Shown piece after piece: positions 40,512 through 54,150 of a stretch of 64,000 bases of DNA (the stretch's first letter is position 1; each line of letters opens with the position of its first letter). A program made the position numbers and the translations under genes. Below the pieces are notes generated by a model. The model was not told the origin of the DNA and did not search any database. It saw nothing but the letters and a program-made list of their open reading frames with translations. Source of the stretch: Sphagnum compactum (Eukaryota); the NCBI GenBank assembly GCA_965153455.1, contig OZ234494.1, forward strand, positions 5,890,001 through 5,954,000, read 5' to 3'.

Positions 40512-42299
40512 TTTTGTTTTTGTTTCTACTGATAGGCAGTGTGGTCCATTGGTATCACTGTTCTGTTTGGTTTTAAGTTGAAATGGTGACTGAGGGTTAT
40601 AGTGGAAGTAGGCTTAAAAGAGCCACTAATGATGAAATCCCAGTTGCTTAGATTGCTACAAGCCTGGCATTTTGCAATTTTCTCTGGTGAAGTGTTATGA
40701 CATGGAACATTTGTAACTTTATCTTGGGATTAGAGTTTAAAGTTGAACACTTGCAATCTGATATTGGTGTTTTATGGATATGTGAAAGAGCTGTCATAGA
40801 CTTATATGTATTTGTATTGTTCAAATCAAGTATAGGCAGTGTATTCATCACAATTCATATAAAGAACTACTCTCTGATTAAGTGATCTTGTTGGTGATGG
40901 ATGTGTTTTATGATCATCTTTTCTCTCTAGTTAGGCAATCTCGTGTGGGCATGTTTTGCAATAATATTTTTAGTGGCCACAACTTGATTTTTTTGCTTTC
41001 TTCTTATGGAAATTTTCTATTTGGGCAATGGAAACAAGGTTGACTAGATATTAGTGACAAAAGGTTGGATATTTAGAAACCCTTTTCTGGCCTTATGTCC
41101 ACCACTATATTGTAAAGCACGGCAAAATTCCTAGTGACAAATAGTTTTCATCAAAAAGTATTTGTTTGGTTGTATTGAGTTTCAAGGAATTATTAGTCAC
41201 CATCCACCTTTCATCCATATTATGTATTTAAGAGAAGGCAATGGGGATGGTGGGTATATGAAAGAAGTAGAATTTAGGAAGTTTTTGAGCAAACAATATG
41301 TACTAAATTTAAACCAAAAAGATGAAAACTTTCAAAAGCTCAAAAGGAAATATGTTGGAACATTGATATAGAAAATAATTGAATTCTTACTAAGTTTGCA
41401 ACATGAAGCAAAAGGTAGAATCTTGGGTTTAGAATTCAACTTGTTATAACATTGTCATGTATGTTGTAAAAGGTTAATATGTTGATGTCTTGATTCTTAC
41501 AAAAAATGAATGTTACGAATCATGAAAAGTGTAATCCAGATATTTTACCCCATTCAAGTTGTGCATATGTTTTTCAACCTTGAAGGGCTTACTTGTTTTC
41601 AAAGTCCCCAAAATTATGTAAATCCAACTGCAAACAGGGTTGTTTCTGTTTCTGTTCTGAGAATGAGGGGTTTGCGCAAAGGCAGGAAAAGTGCTGGAGT
41701 TGAACTCCCAAACCAGGGAGATTGAACCAACAGCATCAAGTGCACCATCCATCAGGAAAGCGTGTGTTGAGTCAGTTGTGTTCAGGAGAAACCATCACTT
41801 CTTGATAAGGTGGTGCACAACACACACCCTCTTCACAAATAACGAAAACCTCTACAAGAGCATTAAGGACCCACTAATCCAATACATAGTGTACCTCCAA
41901 GCCCTTGTGGAAACTATCTTCACTTGGTGGGTTCTTATTGCATCGGACACTATTATGCCATTGAAATGCTTTCTCATGAACTTACAAAAGGTTCCAACCA
42001 ATCAATGGGCCTATGGACTGCATACCAGAGGTCACTAAATGGGAGAACGCCAAAGAAAACACTAGTCTTCCCTGAGAGTTTTTATTGAATTCCCTGACAA
42101 TTGCTCGAGAGAGTAGCTCTTTGGCAGGCATACTCCACCCAGTACTGAAATGACAGTATAACACTATTTTGAGATTCCCCATGATGCTGGTCAAAATGTC
42201 TTGATTGCTAATCCAATGTGTATAGACAAAGCTCATAGCAGAATAGTCAGACATGAAGCCAATAGCCCTGAACGAATTCCAAAAAACTAGGTTTTGTGG

Positions 42300-44634
42300 C
42301 TAATACAACCCCAGCATCCTGAGTTCATTGATGTGTCCTCTGTCCAAAGAAGGTGCCTCTTCATTGTCACCCAAACTTAAAACCACGTACTCCTGCACAT
42401 GGTCCAGTCACAAATTACTAAAAGATTCCTCACGCATGACACCCAAGAGACCGAGTTATCAGTACAGTCCAACAAAGGTTCCTACTAAAAACCTGACAAC
42501 ATAATGAGCAAAGACCCCAGTTCAATGGAAAGAAAAGCCCAAACTCTAGATGCACAATAAGAGGAGTTTGACAGGATCAGAAGCATTACTCATGCTACTG
42601 AGCATATGCAACTATGACATGAAAGACAGAAAAACAGCCCCCACACTAGAGGTAGGATATATACCCTTGTAAGTGCTTGCTTTGCAAGAATATGGTAGTG
42701 GCGGTTGCTGATCCTTTGGCCACAAATAATTGCAATGAAAAAGCCATACAACAAGCCCACTAGCACACCTATGATGACTGCATGCACCCAACAGAGTGAT
42801 GTCAGTAATGTATGGTTTTGCATGCTATTTCACTAGTCTTCTTCTTCACAGTTTCCGCTAATGCATTGTAGATATTATGCAACAGTGCACAAGTCTCTGA
42901 TGCATTTTGCTGGGAAAAAAGGTCCAAAGAATGTCAAAATACAAGGTATTACTTGCTAAAGAATAGAAGCTAATAGGGTGTTGCTCATAACCAAACATTT
43001 CCCGCAGCTCATCACCATAGAAGACATACACTAGCATGCCCATGGATGCCACCACCTGGCTCACACAAAGCAGTAAGACTGATTTAGCTCCTGTGCTTAG
43101 TATGAATAGCAGTGACAGTCTCTCTTTTTGTTCAGACCATCAACAGTAGTGACTTTATCTATCGTGACTTACCCACTGATGCCATCAGCTCCATTACAGT
43201 GGGTATAGGCCCTAGCCTGCTTACTGACATTCTGTCATAAGTCCAGAAGCAACAGGAAGACTCAGCACCTAACACCACAGATTCATTCCTCAGACTATGA
43301 AATCCTTCAGAGGCTTCTCCCCTATAGACAAAGGATGCAACAACAGGAAACCTGAGACCATGGATCCTCACCATTTGGACAACAATAAACAGCAGTGCAT
43401 GATCCCGCACAACAAGTAGCTGAAATTTGAGTCGTAGCCACCAGCGATCAGGGGGCATGTTTGTCCGCAGATGGAATGAAGCCCTGCACTCAGTACAATG
43501 GGCAAAAGCAAATCCTTCCTGCAGCCATATCAATCCAAACACGTGTACATCAGCATCATCATCCCATCACATCACAATTGCTTCACACCCACAAAAATGT
43601 CATATGTGGTGTCAATTAAAACCTTGACGCATCTGTTCCAACCAGTAAAGCAGAATCTCCTACATGTTGAAACATTGCACAAATTGCACAAAATACAATG
43701 CTATTATACCCTAAATCTTTGTGTAGTGGGACTTCTCACACATGAGTAAGGTGCAAAGGTTACCTTGGCAGCCCTCCAGTTGTCGAGGCAAGATCTGTGG
43801 ACAAACTTTTGTGTCCCTCTACATAAGCATGGTGAAATCAACTCATCTTCCCCTGTGAGCCAAAGGCTGCATCTTTCAGAAACCATGGAAATCGCAGCTT
43901 GACACTCTCTCTCCATCATCCCTGAATGCATCCTACATGCTCAGATGGCAGCATCTCAGTTTGTGGGTCCTCCAAAACCTCAAAGAAAGCCTCATTACTA
44001 TCAGATTTTATTCCAGGCTTTTCCAGTCTTCATAGAAATGCCTACTGTCAAAGGCCATTTCTATTACACAATTTAGCAATCTTCTCTGATCACTGCAAGA
44101 GTGTAATCACTCCTCCAGCAAGCAATTGTTCTTGGAATCTGGCAGCACATTAGCTGACCATTTTCCAATCTACATGTGTCTCAGATCAAACAGTGCATTG
44201 GATATCACATCACCTTAGATAAATCCACAGTTTGAAATTCTTTGGTTAGATGCTTTCTGCCACCAGGAGTTGCTCTGTCTTCAAATAGTAACCATGTCTT
44301 CTCTCCCTCCCCCTCAACTACGCTATGTGAGCATGCTTTTGCCAGGAGCAGTACCTTCAGAGTCAAGGCAAATGCGGCATTGCGGTTGATTAGGGTTAAG
44401 TAGGTCAATGTCTCCTCCTTTGCTCTGTGCACTGCTGCTCCTGCAGATTTGTATCAAATGAACGCTTTCGGGCAGAGATGAGGATGCTGCGCCTCTCTCA
44501 TCACTAGGGTCCACCTCCTCCTCATCTGTTGTGCTCTCAGCTGGCAAGAAAGGTTCTTCATCTGCTGCATCCTCCTCCCCTTTTTCTCCAAGTCTCTCCA
44601 GATCTCGTCTCTTACCAGTCATTCTTTCAGGCAT
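42300..44634 (-). CDS. RING-CH (RINGv/MARCH-like) zinc-finger membrane protein, putative E3 ubiquitin ligase
   Basis: Exons 44634-44355, 43852-43764, 43518-43372, 43055-42953, 42777-42665 and 42392-42300 (TAG). The C4HC3 pattern CRIC...LISPCLCRGTQKFVHRSCLDNWR...HCTEC is followed by two hydrophobic segments and the C-terminus HINELRMLGLY. Confidence 0.92.
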
Positions 44635-46527
44635 AAAATCCAACAGTTTTTATGTTAATATATCCAGCCCAGGACCATGCATGACTTGGGGGCAAACTAA
44701 GCTCTTTTCAGCACTGCTCAAGAGTTTTAACCAGCATCTGAACTGCAAAACTAAGTGCAGCTCTTCACAAGCAAATGCAAGTGGTAAGAAAACAGGATAT
44801 TGAGCTCCAGTTCTGCAAACCCAAATCCTGCTACCCACTACAAATGCACCCCAAAGAGAAGAGCTGATGAAGATCATCCTCAGATCAATGCAAGCACAGA
44901 GAAAGAATGATGCTATGTCTTCTGACATTTGCATGACCTAAACACCTCTTCACCCTTAGGGTTACTGCCGCTTTTTATTGGAATTGAGAATTTCCTGAAC
45001 ACCCTAGTTGGACTATTATGAGTAATAAACCCTTCACACTTACAAGGTCACCATAGAGAATCGAACCAGTTGATGACTGGCTTGAAGCTTTGTTCCCCCT
45101 TTGATCTATCCTCCGCAACAAGCTTGAAGATAAATCTAGGTTACAAGTAAACTTCCAAATCTCCCAATGAAAATTACAGAGCTCTGACATAAGACAGCTT
45201 CTTGGTGATCCAGTAACCAAAACACATCACCTTCCTATATTCCTTTGTATTGTAGCTGGACTGAAGAAACAAAAAACACACCCCCTTTTCCTCCTTCCCT
45301 TTGCATGTTGCTGGATTGAAGAAAACCATGCAACACAAGCTTTTCAAAGACCCACAAAAAATTACAGAAGAAGGGATGACATGATGACTTAATCCCCATG
45401 AGCAAGACAAACCATGAAAAGCACACAAGCAAGCAAGATTTACAACCACCCCAAAAACAGAAATAGAAAGAAGAATTGGTGCACAATTGCATGCCAAGAA
45501 GAAGAAGAAGAAGAAGAAGAAGAAAGAAAACCCATTTTTTTTTAGATGCTCTTCTTTTCAATGTCATCATCCCTGGCATGCAACCCATCACATGAGCAAA
45601 AACCCACTCATTTAGTAGAGAATAGGGCAAAAAGCTTCTACCTTGACTTGGAAGGATCTTGACAGTGGAGGTAAAAAAAAACTTGGGAATGGTTTGAAAC
45701 TTCAAACACCCATCATCATCCTTTGCTGCTTCCTGATATGATCTTTGCTACTAGTCCTTTTTGCAAATGTAAGGAAGAAGAGAGACAAATCCAATGCTGA
45801 ATGTACTACTGCTGTTGCTTCTGGTGCTGCTGCTTCCTCTGATCATCAGCTGCTGTTTGCTGCTGTTGCTCCTCTGATGATTCGGCTGGCAAAACCAATT
45901 CTTTCTTCAGCAGAATTGCTTCAAGCTTCAAGATCTTTGCTTTTGAAGGAATCACATCAGTGAACCTTCTCTGAGAAACAAAATGGGCTCCTTCTTCTTC
46001 TTCTTCCTCTTCAGACACCTTTCTTCTTCTTTCTCTTGAAGGGGGGTTTTTTCTTCTTTTTAAAATCAAATTAAATGAAGTTTTATAATTAATTAAATAG
46101 CTATATTTTTTCTAACTTTCTAAAGTGAATGTCAATTCTTTTTTTCTTTTTTTTTACAATAAATGCAATTAAAATTTATTTATGTGATTTTTTTGGGTGA
46201 TTTTTTTCTTTTGGGTTTGTTGGTTGTTTATTACCTCCTCCTCCTCCTCCTCCTCCTTTCTCTTAAATGGGTTCTGTTTTTAAAAGAAAATTTTAAATAA
46301 AAAATTTAATAATTAGATTAAGGTTTAGAATTAAATGAAAATGGATTAAACTTTTTAAGTGAAAATATAATTTTAATTTTTTTTGAAAATAAAAATTCTT
46401 CACATTTTATATGAAATTTATTGGGGTGATTTATTTTTTCTTTTGTGTTTATTGGTCCTGTTTGCCTTTTCCTCAAGGGCTCAGACACCTGGCTTCTTAT
46501 TTCTCTTCAAGGGGTTTTTTTCCTGTG

Positions 46528-46528
<1 letters not shown>

Positions 46529-46574
<46 letters not shown>
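46529..46574. repeat. (AT)n microsatellite
   Basis: A perfect TA run of about 22 units. Confidence 0.95.
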
Positions 46575-46578
<4 letters not shown>

Positions 46579-47278
46579 TTTTAAATTGAATAAATAGGCA
46601 TCATTCTTTGAGCTTTTGGAATTTATAGTTATTTTTATAAGAAAATAAACTTGATATTTTACATGAAAATTTTGAGGTGATTGACCAATCATTTATTTAC
46701 CTATGCTTAGCAACAACTCTAATGTTTATTACAATTTAGTTAAATAAGTTATTGAATAAAGTGAAGATTAAGAATCATGGTTATAAAATAAATAAATTGT
46801 GCAATACTTCTCTTATAATGAGATATTTGTGATAGGTAAAATATATTTGCATTTCAACATAAATAGCAAGCCAAAAATTCAAAAAATAAAATAAAATCCT
46901 TATATTACTATTGAACTTGATTTTGAAAAATAAAAATAAATATTTGGCACTTAAGTGCTGAAATGAAATAAGGTATTATGGTCTCTTTGATAAACCCACA
47001 TAGAAAATACAAAGATGAATATAAACCATGCAAAAAGACCATTGGTTTTTTTTTGGTCAAATTTTTTTCATAAAAGCCGATGAGTCTTTAATAGAGAGAC
47101 CAAAATTAAAATAACCCAAAATTAATAGATTATTTGATTTTTGAAATGTTTTAATAATATTGACACCCATGGATGGATGTCAACAAAATCAAATTACACA
47201 AATTTTATATGAACATAATAAAACTTATGAAACTTGGTAAGTTTCTTATATGAACATAGTACATACAAACTTCATATA

Positions 47279-47660
47279 TGAAGTTTTGTAAGTTTGTGAT
47301 GAAAGCATTCATCATTTGTTATATGAACATAATACGTACAAACTTATAAAGTTTGGTAAGTTTGTGATGAAAGCATTCATCATTTGTTATATGAACATAA
47401 TACGTGCAAACTTATGAAGTTTGGTAAGTTTGTGATGAAAGCATTCATCATTTGTTATATGAACATAATACGTACAAACTTATGAAGTTTGGTAAGTTTG
47501 TGATGAAAGCATTCATCATTTGTTATATGAACATAATATGTGCAAACTTATGAAGTTTGGTAAGTTTGTGATGAAAGCATTCATCATTTGTTATATGAAC
47601 ATAATACGTACAAACTTATGAAGTTTGGTAAGTTTGTGATGAAAGCATTCGCCATTTGTT
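47279..47660. repeat. 68-bp minisatellite, about 5.6 near-identical copies
   Basis: Unit aagtttggtaagtttgtgatgaaagcattcatcatttgttatatgaacataatacgtacaaacttatg; tttgtgatga recurs every 68 bp from 47293 to 47633. Confidence 0.97.
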
Positions 47661-50600
47661 TTGTTGTTAAGGATGGGTTTTTTTCCATGTGGAACAAGCC
47701 TTGAAAGGCAAGCTACCATCGTGTCACGTGGTACCTTGTTTTGATCGAAACTTGTTCCAAAGCTTAACCCATGTTCTCCACCTATTGATGCACATCACAA
47801 GTTGATTCGGAACCCAAAAGAAAGTGCTTCCAAACCACTTACCATCCAAAGTGCATTGGTGGGTGCTTGTTTAGTTTACTATGGGCAAAGATATTAGAGA
47901 AGATATTTCTATGCTAAAGTGACAACTTACTCTATAATAAGAGAGGTGCAATGGCCCAAAAAAGAGGGCTATGGGAAGGGGGGGGAGAGTAGGTGAAAGA
48001 GAAGAAATGCTTGCCTTTTTATCATGCTCCTTTCTTTCCTTCCACATTTTTAAGAGTTGATTATGTATAATAATTGATAAACCAACTCTAGGGTTAAACC
48101 TAAGAAGTTGGGTTGGGTTTGGGTTTGGGTGGGGTGGTGCCCGAATTTGAGTTTCAACCAATAGTAAATGTTCCATTTGCTATGGATTGTTTCTTGGATT
48201 CTTTGGGGAAGAAGGTGAATTTTTTTGTGGGTAAAAAATGTGCCAACATTATTTACATACCTTGTGTATGTTTAAATTTTCTAGTGTTAAAGTTTTTTAA
48301 ATATTACAAAATCTGGATTTTTTAACATACATTTGATGGTTTTTAAACATATATATTGGAAATTTTAACTAACGACTCTTGAGTTATTTTAGTGGGCCTA
48401 GACCTTCTTCTTTTTTTCTTTTTTCTTTTTTCAAATTTGTGAGGTAGGTAGGTTCGCGATTGCCCACAAAGAGGACTTAGCCAAATTTGGCTACACATCA
48501 AAGAGGACAATAGAAAAGTTTAGGAAATCATGCTATAATTTGGCTATATGCTACAATCTATTGTCTAAATATGGCGACTTCAAAAAAAAATTCCTCATAA
48601 TCTAGTGACAATAGAGCACTAGATTTTTCGCCAAAACAATGTTATCACAAGGCCCTTTTTTTGGTTGCCAAGGTTGTGAAATTTGGGGGCCTTTCATTTG
48701 TGGTTAGTAATGATTTTTTGGGACCTTGAGCTTCCATCTTTTATCTTAAATATAGGCTCTTTTTTTTGTGTTGAATTCACAATTTAATGACTTAAATTGT
48801 GACCGCATTTTGACAATAAATGGATTTTTTATGAGATCATGTTGTTACTTTTCTTATGATTTGGGGATGTAGAAAAGGTAAATCCTTCCATCCAAAAAAT
48901 TGTAAACTACTTAATAACCTAATACCCATTCCATCAATATGTATATGTATACATATTAATTTGGCCATATCAACTAACTTAACTTAGGGGGCCTTGTTTG
49001 CCAGATCTTCAATTTTGTTGAAGAACCTTTCTTTGGTTTTGAGTGTTTGAAAATTTCCAAAGACTTTATGGGTTTTGTGAAAGAAGCACAAGTTTAGTGT
49101 GAATTCTTTGAATGGTTCTTTGATTTTTCCTATCATAGTTACCATAGTCAAAACCAAAGAATCATTCAAAGAATTTCAACACTTCATATGTTGCCAACGT
49201 TCATTAAGAAAAATCATCCATTTTCATTTGTCATCCAAAATTTCCATCTTTGAATTTTTTTCATCCATGAACACATGGCATAATATTTCTATAGTTACAA
49301 ATCAAAACCAATTTTTTGGTGTTTTGAAAATTATGAGTCAAGGGTCCACATAGGGTAGGCAGGCCGATCATTGAACATTTAAGGACTCAAAGTAGAAGAA
49401 CTCAAAATAATGTATTGACAAATGAAACAAGGTGATTGATGTATAGAAAATTGTGTTGTCCATTCATTCTCAAAAAGCATAGAAATCCATATAATAATGA
49501 TTATAAGGGCTTGTTATTGAAAAAAATGAGAATATATGTTTTAATTTGAATAACATCTATCTATCTTGAATGTATTTTTGACCCCAAAAAATACATAATT
49601 TAAAGGACTTTTTTGAAGAAAATTGTTTTTTATTATGTAAGAGAGGGCCAAGTTATACTTTCATGACAATTGAATGTGTTATTAAGCTTGTTTGTATACT
49701 TTATTAACATCTAGTTTTGAAAACTACATGGATAATTGTTAAAATGTGACCTTTAATGCAAAATTTGGTATAATAAACAAATAATTTATAGTTAATATTT
49801 GTTGTTTCAACATCAATTTCATAATATAATGCCAAAAATAGTCTTATAAAAAAGATTCACAATTAAAACATCTTAGGGTTAAAGGATTTTTCATCAAATG
49901 GATGATAAACACATTTTGTAATATGATTTCATCAAAATTTGCGATATTTTATCAAGTATGTCGAAGTTACATTGTCAATTGTGTTATGTTAGCTACTTAA
50001 TTAAATCAAGGTTAATTTAATGTCCAATTGGGTTAACTTAATTAATTTGGTCTAATTGTCGATTAACAAGGAACCAGTTCCAATGTGAACAAGTTCCAGT
50101 TATTTCATGGATGGGCCTCAAAACCATTTTGGTGTGGATCACAAATCAATTCTAGTGATTTGAAATTCCAACACATTACTCGTGTGTATATACCATTGTT
50201 CTATGTTTATGCATTTTTGTAGTTTTGTGAACATTGTATTTAGGGTTGTGCATTATAGGTGAGCACGTATTTTGGATTGCCAAAAATTTGAAAATGATGC
50301 ACCATTCATTAAGGTGACTTTTATCATTTGTGATGTGTGTGTGTAGATTATGATAGGTGTAGGTATCATAGACAATAAACTATTAAAGAAATTCTTAAAA
50401 GTTTTCAAAAACTTCTTTGAGGAATATGTTTGGAAGTTTTTAAATGTTTCTAAAAACAACTATAAAAAATATGCTTAGATGTTTCTAGAAGATGTAGAAC
50501 TAACAAAAGCTTCTAAAAAACATAATTAGCATGTGTTTCTAGAAAGTTATTTAATATAAAAATATAAAAACCTTAATTGGAAAAACTTTTTAAGATTTTG

Positions 50601-52349
50601 ATGATCTTTTAGAAAGTTCCATTGGATAGTAAAAAAGGTCTGAAAGCACCACCCTTCAATCTCATCAACACAAGTTGTGACTTTGTATTTTTAATTCATT
50701 TGACGTATAACTTGTATTATGCATTGTTAAGCAATAAAACAATTTAATTCTTGTTCATTATTGAATTCCTTATTTATCGAGTCTTTTTGTTTTTTTGAAG
50801 TTTTGTCTTTGTTTTGTCTTTGTAATAGGCATCAACATGGTAGGGCACAACAGCATGAATGTTTTGGGGGGAAAAAAAACTTTGGCTTTGGGTTGTGCAG
50901 CCTTTTTTTTAATGTGATTGCACCTCTTGGGTTTGTAATCACAATAACATGATTCGCCACAAAGTGTAACTAATGCTTGGTTTTTCATGTTTTGATTTCA
51001 AAAATTGTATTCATGTTGTATATTTTTAATGTATTTATATGACAATGTTTGTAATATATCATGAAAACATGTAGGATGATTTGGAATGAATTTAATGAAA
51101 ACAAAGTATTCAAAAACCTTTACTAAATACTATAATTAATGCTTTTAAAAACATTGTAAGGATTTTTATTTTTGGGGAGTTTCTTTGACCATGACATATT
51201 TTGGAAAAGATTCTTTGAACATATCTTTAAATAATATTATAATGCTTTTAGGCCATCATATTTTTAATTATTTTTTCAACTGAAAATAGATTTTAAAAGA
51301 TATTTTTAAATAAACATTCACCAAAATGGTACAGTTAACTCTTGTTAATGTGGACGCACTAAAGGTTACATCATTTGGGAATCAAAGTTTGTAGGGGTGA
51401 AGTTGTTTGTTGCAAGTGTTTTTTGTCATCCAACCTTTCTTTGAAGAGCTCCCACCCCTTTTGTCGTTCATTTACATCATCATCTTTTCAAAATCTCAAA
51501 TGTCCTCATTGTCATTTTGTGATGTAAGTGTTGTTTCAAGTCCCTTGTGAAAAAATCATCTTCAAGGTTACTTTGTATTTTTCCAAGGAACTTTTTGTTG
51601 ATAGGGTTTTGATTATCTATTAACATAAGAGGTAATTGTTTTGGTTTCAAAAACATGGACTTTTGTTGGTTGAAAACAACATTTCCTTATTTCAAGGCTA
51701 GATATGAACAACGTGCTAATGGATCTAGCTTTCCTTGGGGTGAATGCATGAATGAATGGATCAAATTGGATGTCATAGTGTAATTCTTTGAAATGGCATG
51801 TGTTCATAACCATTTTGAGGTGTGTTAAAATCAACATTTTGTCTAATGGGATTCAATTGTAAGTTATCAACTTGAATATGAAGATAGATATGTAATCTTA
51901 TTCTAAGAAAATATCCTTTAAATTAAGTGAATGAACTTTTGAAATTATAACACATGGATTATCAAAATAACAATGTGTTCATATGTGAATTTATTTTTGA
52001 GCCCAATTTTGTTTGGGAATGGTTTAAAGGGATTTAATATGTCTCGTCCTAAATCATAATGATTTTAAAAATGAAGTCCTTTGGAAGAATTTTATGAAAA
52101 GATTTAGTTATGGAATTTTAATTGGTTCAAATATGACCTTATTTTAAAGAGTCTTCCTAAGTTTCAATTTTCCCCCCCTAAATGCACACTTTTTAAAAAT
52201 CTCTACAAAGTCCACCATTTATATGGACTTTATTAGTTCATATTTATTGCATAGTTCCCATTTAACACATGACAATAAAATTCAAGACTACCAATTTAAC
52301 ATTATGAAAATTGACTTTGTGGATGTTCGCATGTGCCAAAATTGATGTA

Positions 52350-54150
52350 CTCATCATTCATGCACTCACCTTTTGTTGGCTTCCTAGACGGTAAGGAATT
52401 ATGAAATCAAAATGACTAAAAGTTATGTTCCATCTTGCTTAATGACAATTGAATACTTGAACATTCATGAAATACTCAAGTTTTTATGGTTGGTGTAAAT
52501 TATGACCATGTGTTGAACTCACTTAAGCAAATGTCAACATTCTTAGATTGCATTGTTGATCACCATCAAAAGTTTTTTTGTCATGAATTTCATAATTTAT
52601 TTTGTTGATGAAAATTTCTTTTGAATGGAATCCAACACAATGTAATTGTCCATCACTACTAAGATAACATGGCACCAAGAGCAAAATTTGAAGCATATGC
52701 TTCAAGAATAAATGGGTTTGATGGGTTGTGTGAATTAGAATGGAAGTTGCGATGAAAGCATTTTTAACAATTTGCAAATTTTCATAACATTTTTGTCCCA
52801 TTTGAATTTGTCCTTATTTGTAAGTAATGTCAATGGGGCAACAATCTTTGAATAGTCTTTGATAAAAATATGATAAAAGTTTGTAAATCCCAAGAAACAT
52901 TGGACATCACAAACAAAAATTGGGGTTTGCTAATTGATGATAGTATGAAATTTCTCTAGATCCATTGATAAGCCATTGTTAGAAATAATGTAGCCCAAGA
53001 ACTTGACTTTTGATTGATGAAAAAATATTTTTGCATTTTTTCATACAACCATTTTTCTTGAAGTTTGTTGAGGACGATGCACATGTTTCACATGCTCCTT
53101 TGGGTTCTTGGAAAATATCAAGATATCATCTCAATAAATCACCAAAAATCATTTAAGAATTTTTCAAATATGTTGTTCATCATGTGTTGAAAAATTGCAA
53201 GGGCATTCATAAAACCAAAAGGCATGACATTGTATTTGAAATGACCATACCTTCTGTGGAATGTTGTTTCCATCCATTGCCTTCTTTTATGCATAAAATC
53301 ACATGCATTTCTTAAGTCAACTTTTGTGAATACTTTTGTGTGACCAAGTTGCTTAAGAAGTTTATAAATCAATGGTAAGGGATAACAAATTTTTATGGTG
53401 AATTTATTGATGTCATGATAATCCACACTCATGTGGAGAGACCCATCTTTCTTTTTCACAAAAATTATTGGTGCACTTACATGTGATTTTAAATGACACA
53501 TGAAAATTATCAAAAGATTTTCATCAATGTAACTTTGTAGTTTGGTCAATGTGTTTTGAAATAGATTGTAAATGAGGTTGAATGGTGGTTGTGTTCCTTT
53601 TTGTAATTCAATCATGTAATCATACAGCTAGTGTTACTACAATATGTTGACATTTTTCTTTTCGAATACGTCCATGAAATATTAATAGTGTGATGGAAGT
53701 GTGCTTGCATTTTTGTTCCCAAAATTCTTTGTTAAAGTAGTATAAACCATAAAAAGTGTGTTGGTCTTTCCTAGTTGCAAAAACTTTTGTTTCGATGAAT
53801 ATCAATTGAATAGATTTTGAACTTGGGCAACAATCAATCTTGGAGTAGATTTTTCTAACTAAACAATTGATATTCAAGTTATGGAACTTGAGTCGTGAAA
53901 ATCCCATGATTATTGGATTCAAGGCCAACTTGATGACATTATACACCATGTTTGAAATAAATTCATTCACATGTACCTTTAAATGTTGAGTCTCACAAGT
54001 CACATTTGTTGAAGCAATGACATGTTTGTTGATTGTTTTGCAAGGTGTTGAGTTTGTTTCTCATACTAGCTAAAGGTATTCTTGTTTAACAAAATGTCCA
54101 TCAATGAAACATGCCATTGCACTAATATCTACTAATGTTTTACATGGTTG
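52350..54150 (-). mobile_element. Decayed Ty3/Gypsy LTR-retrotransposon pol fragment (protease-RT-RNase H)
   Basis: Protease-like TLVDISAMACFID near 54140. The RT ORF 53139-53615 contains APIIFVKKKDGSLHMSVDY...YPLPLI...FTKVDLR...YGHFKYNVMPFG.MNA.AIFQHMMN. RNase H-like NYEIHDK lies in 52523-52801, followed by YTNHKNLEYF. Many frameshifts and stops; no integrase seen. Confidence 0.92.

Noticed and set aside
44975-46069. Several minus-strand ORFs upstream of the RING-CH gene
   Set aside because: Low-complexity (CTT/GAA, CAG) leader and intron sequence, consistent with a long 5'UTR rather than coding exons.
47279-47660. CRISPR array (regular palindromic repeats)
   Set aside because: The units are contiguous and near-identical with no unique spacers. 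There are no cas genes and the context is eukaryotic.
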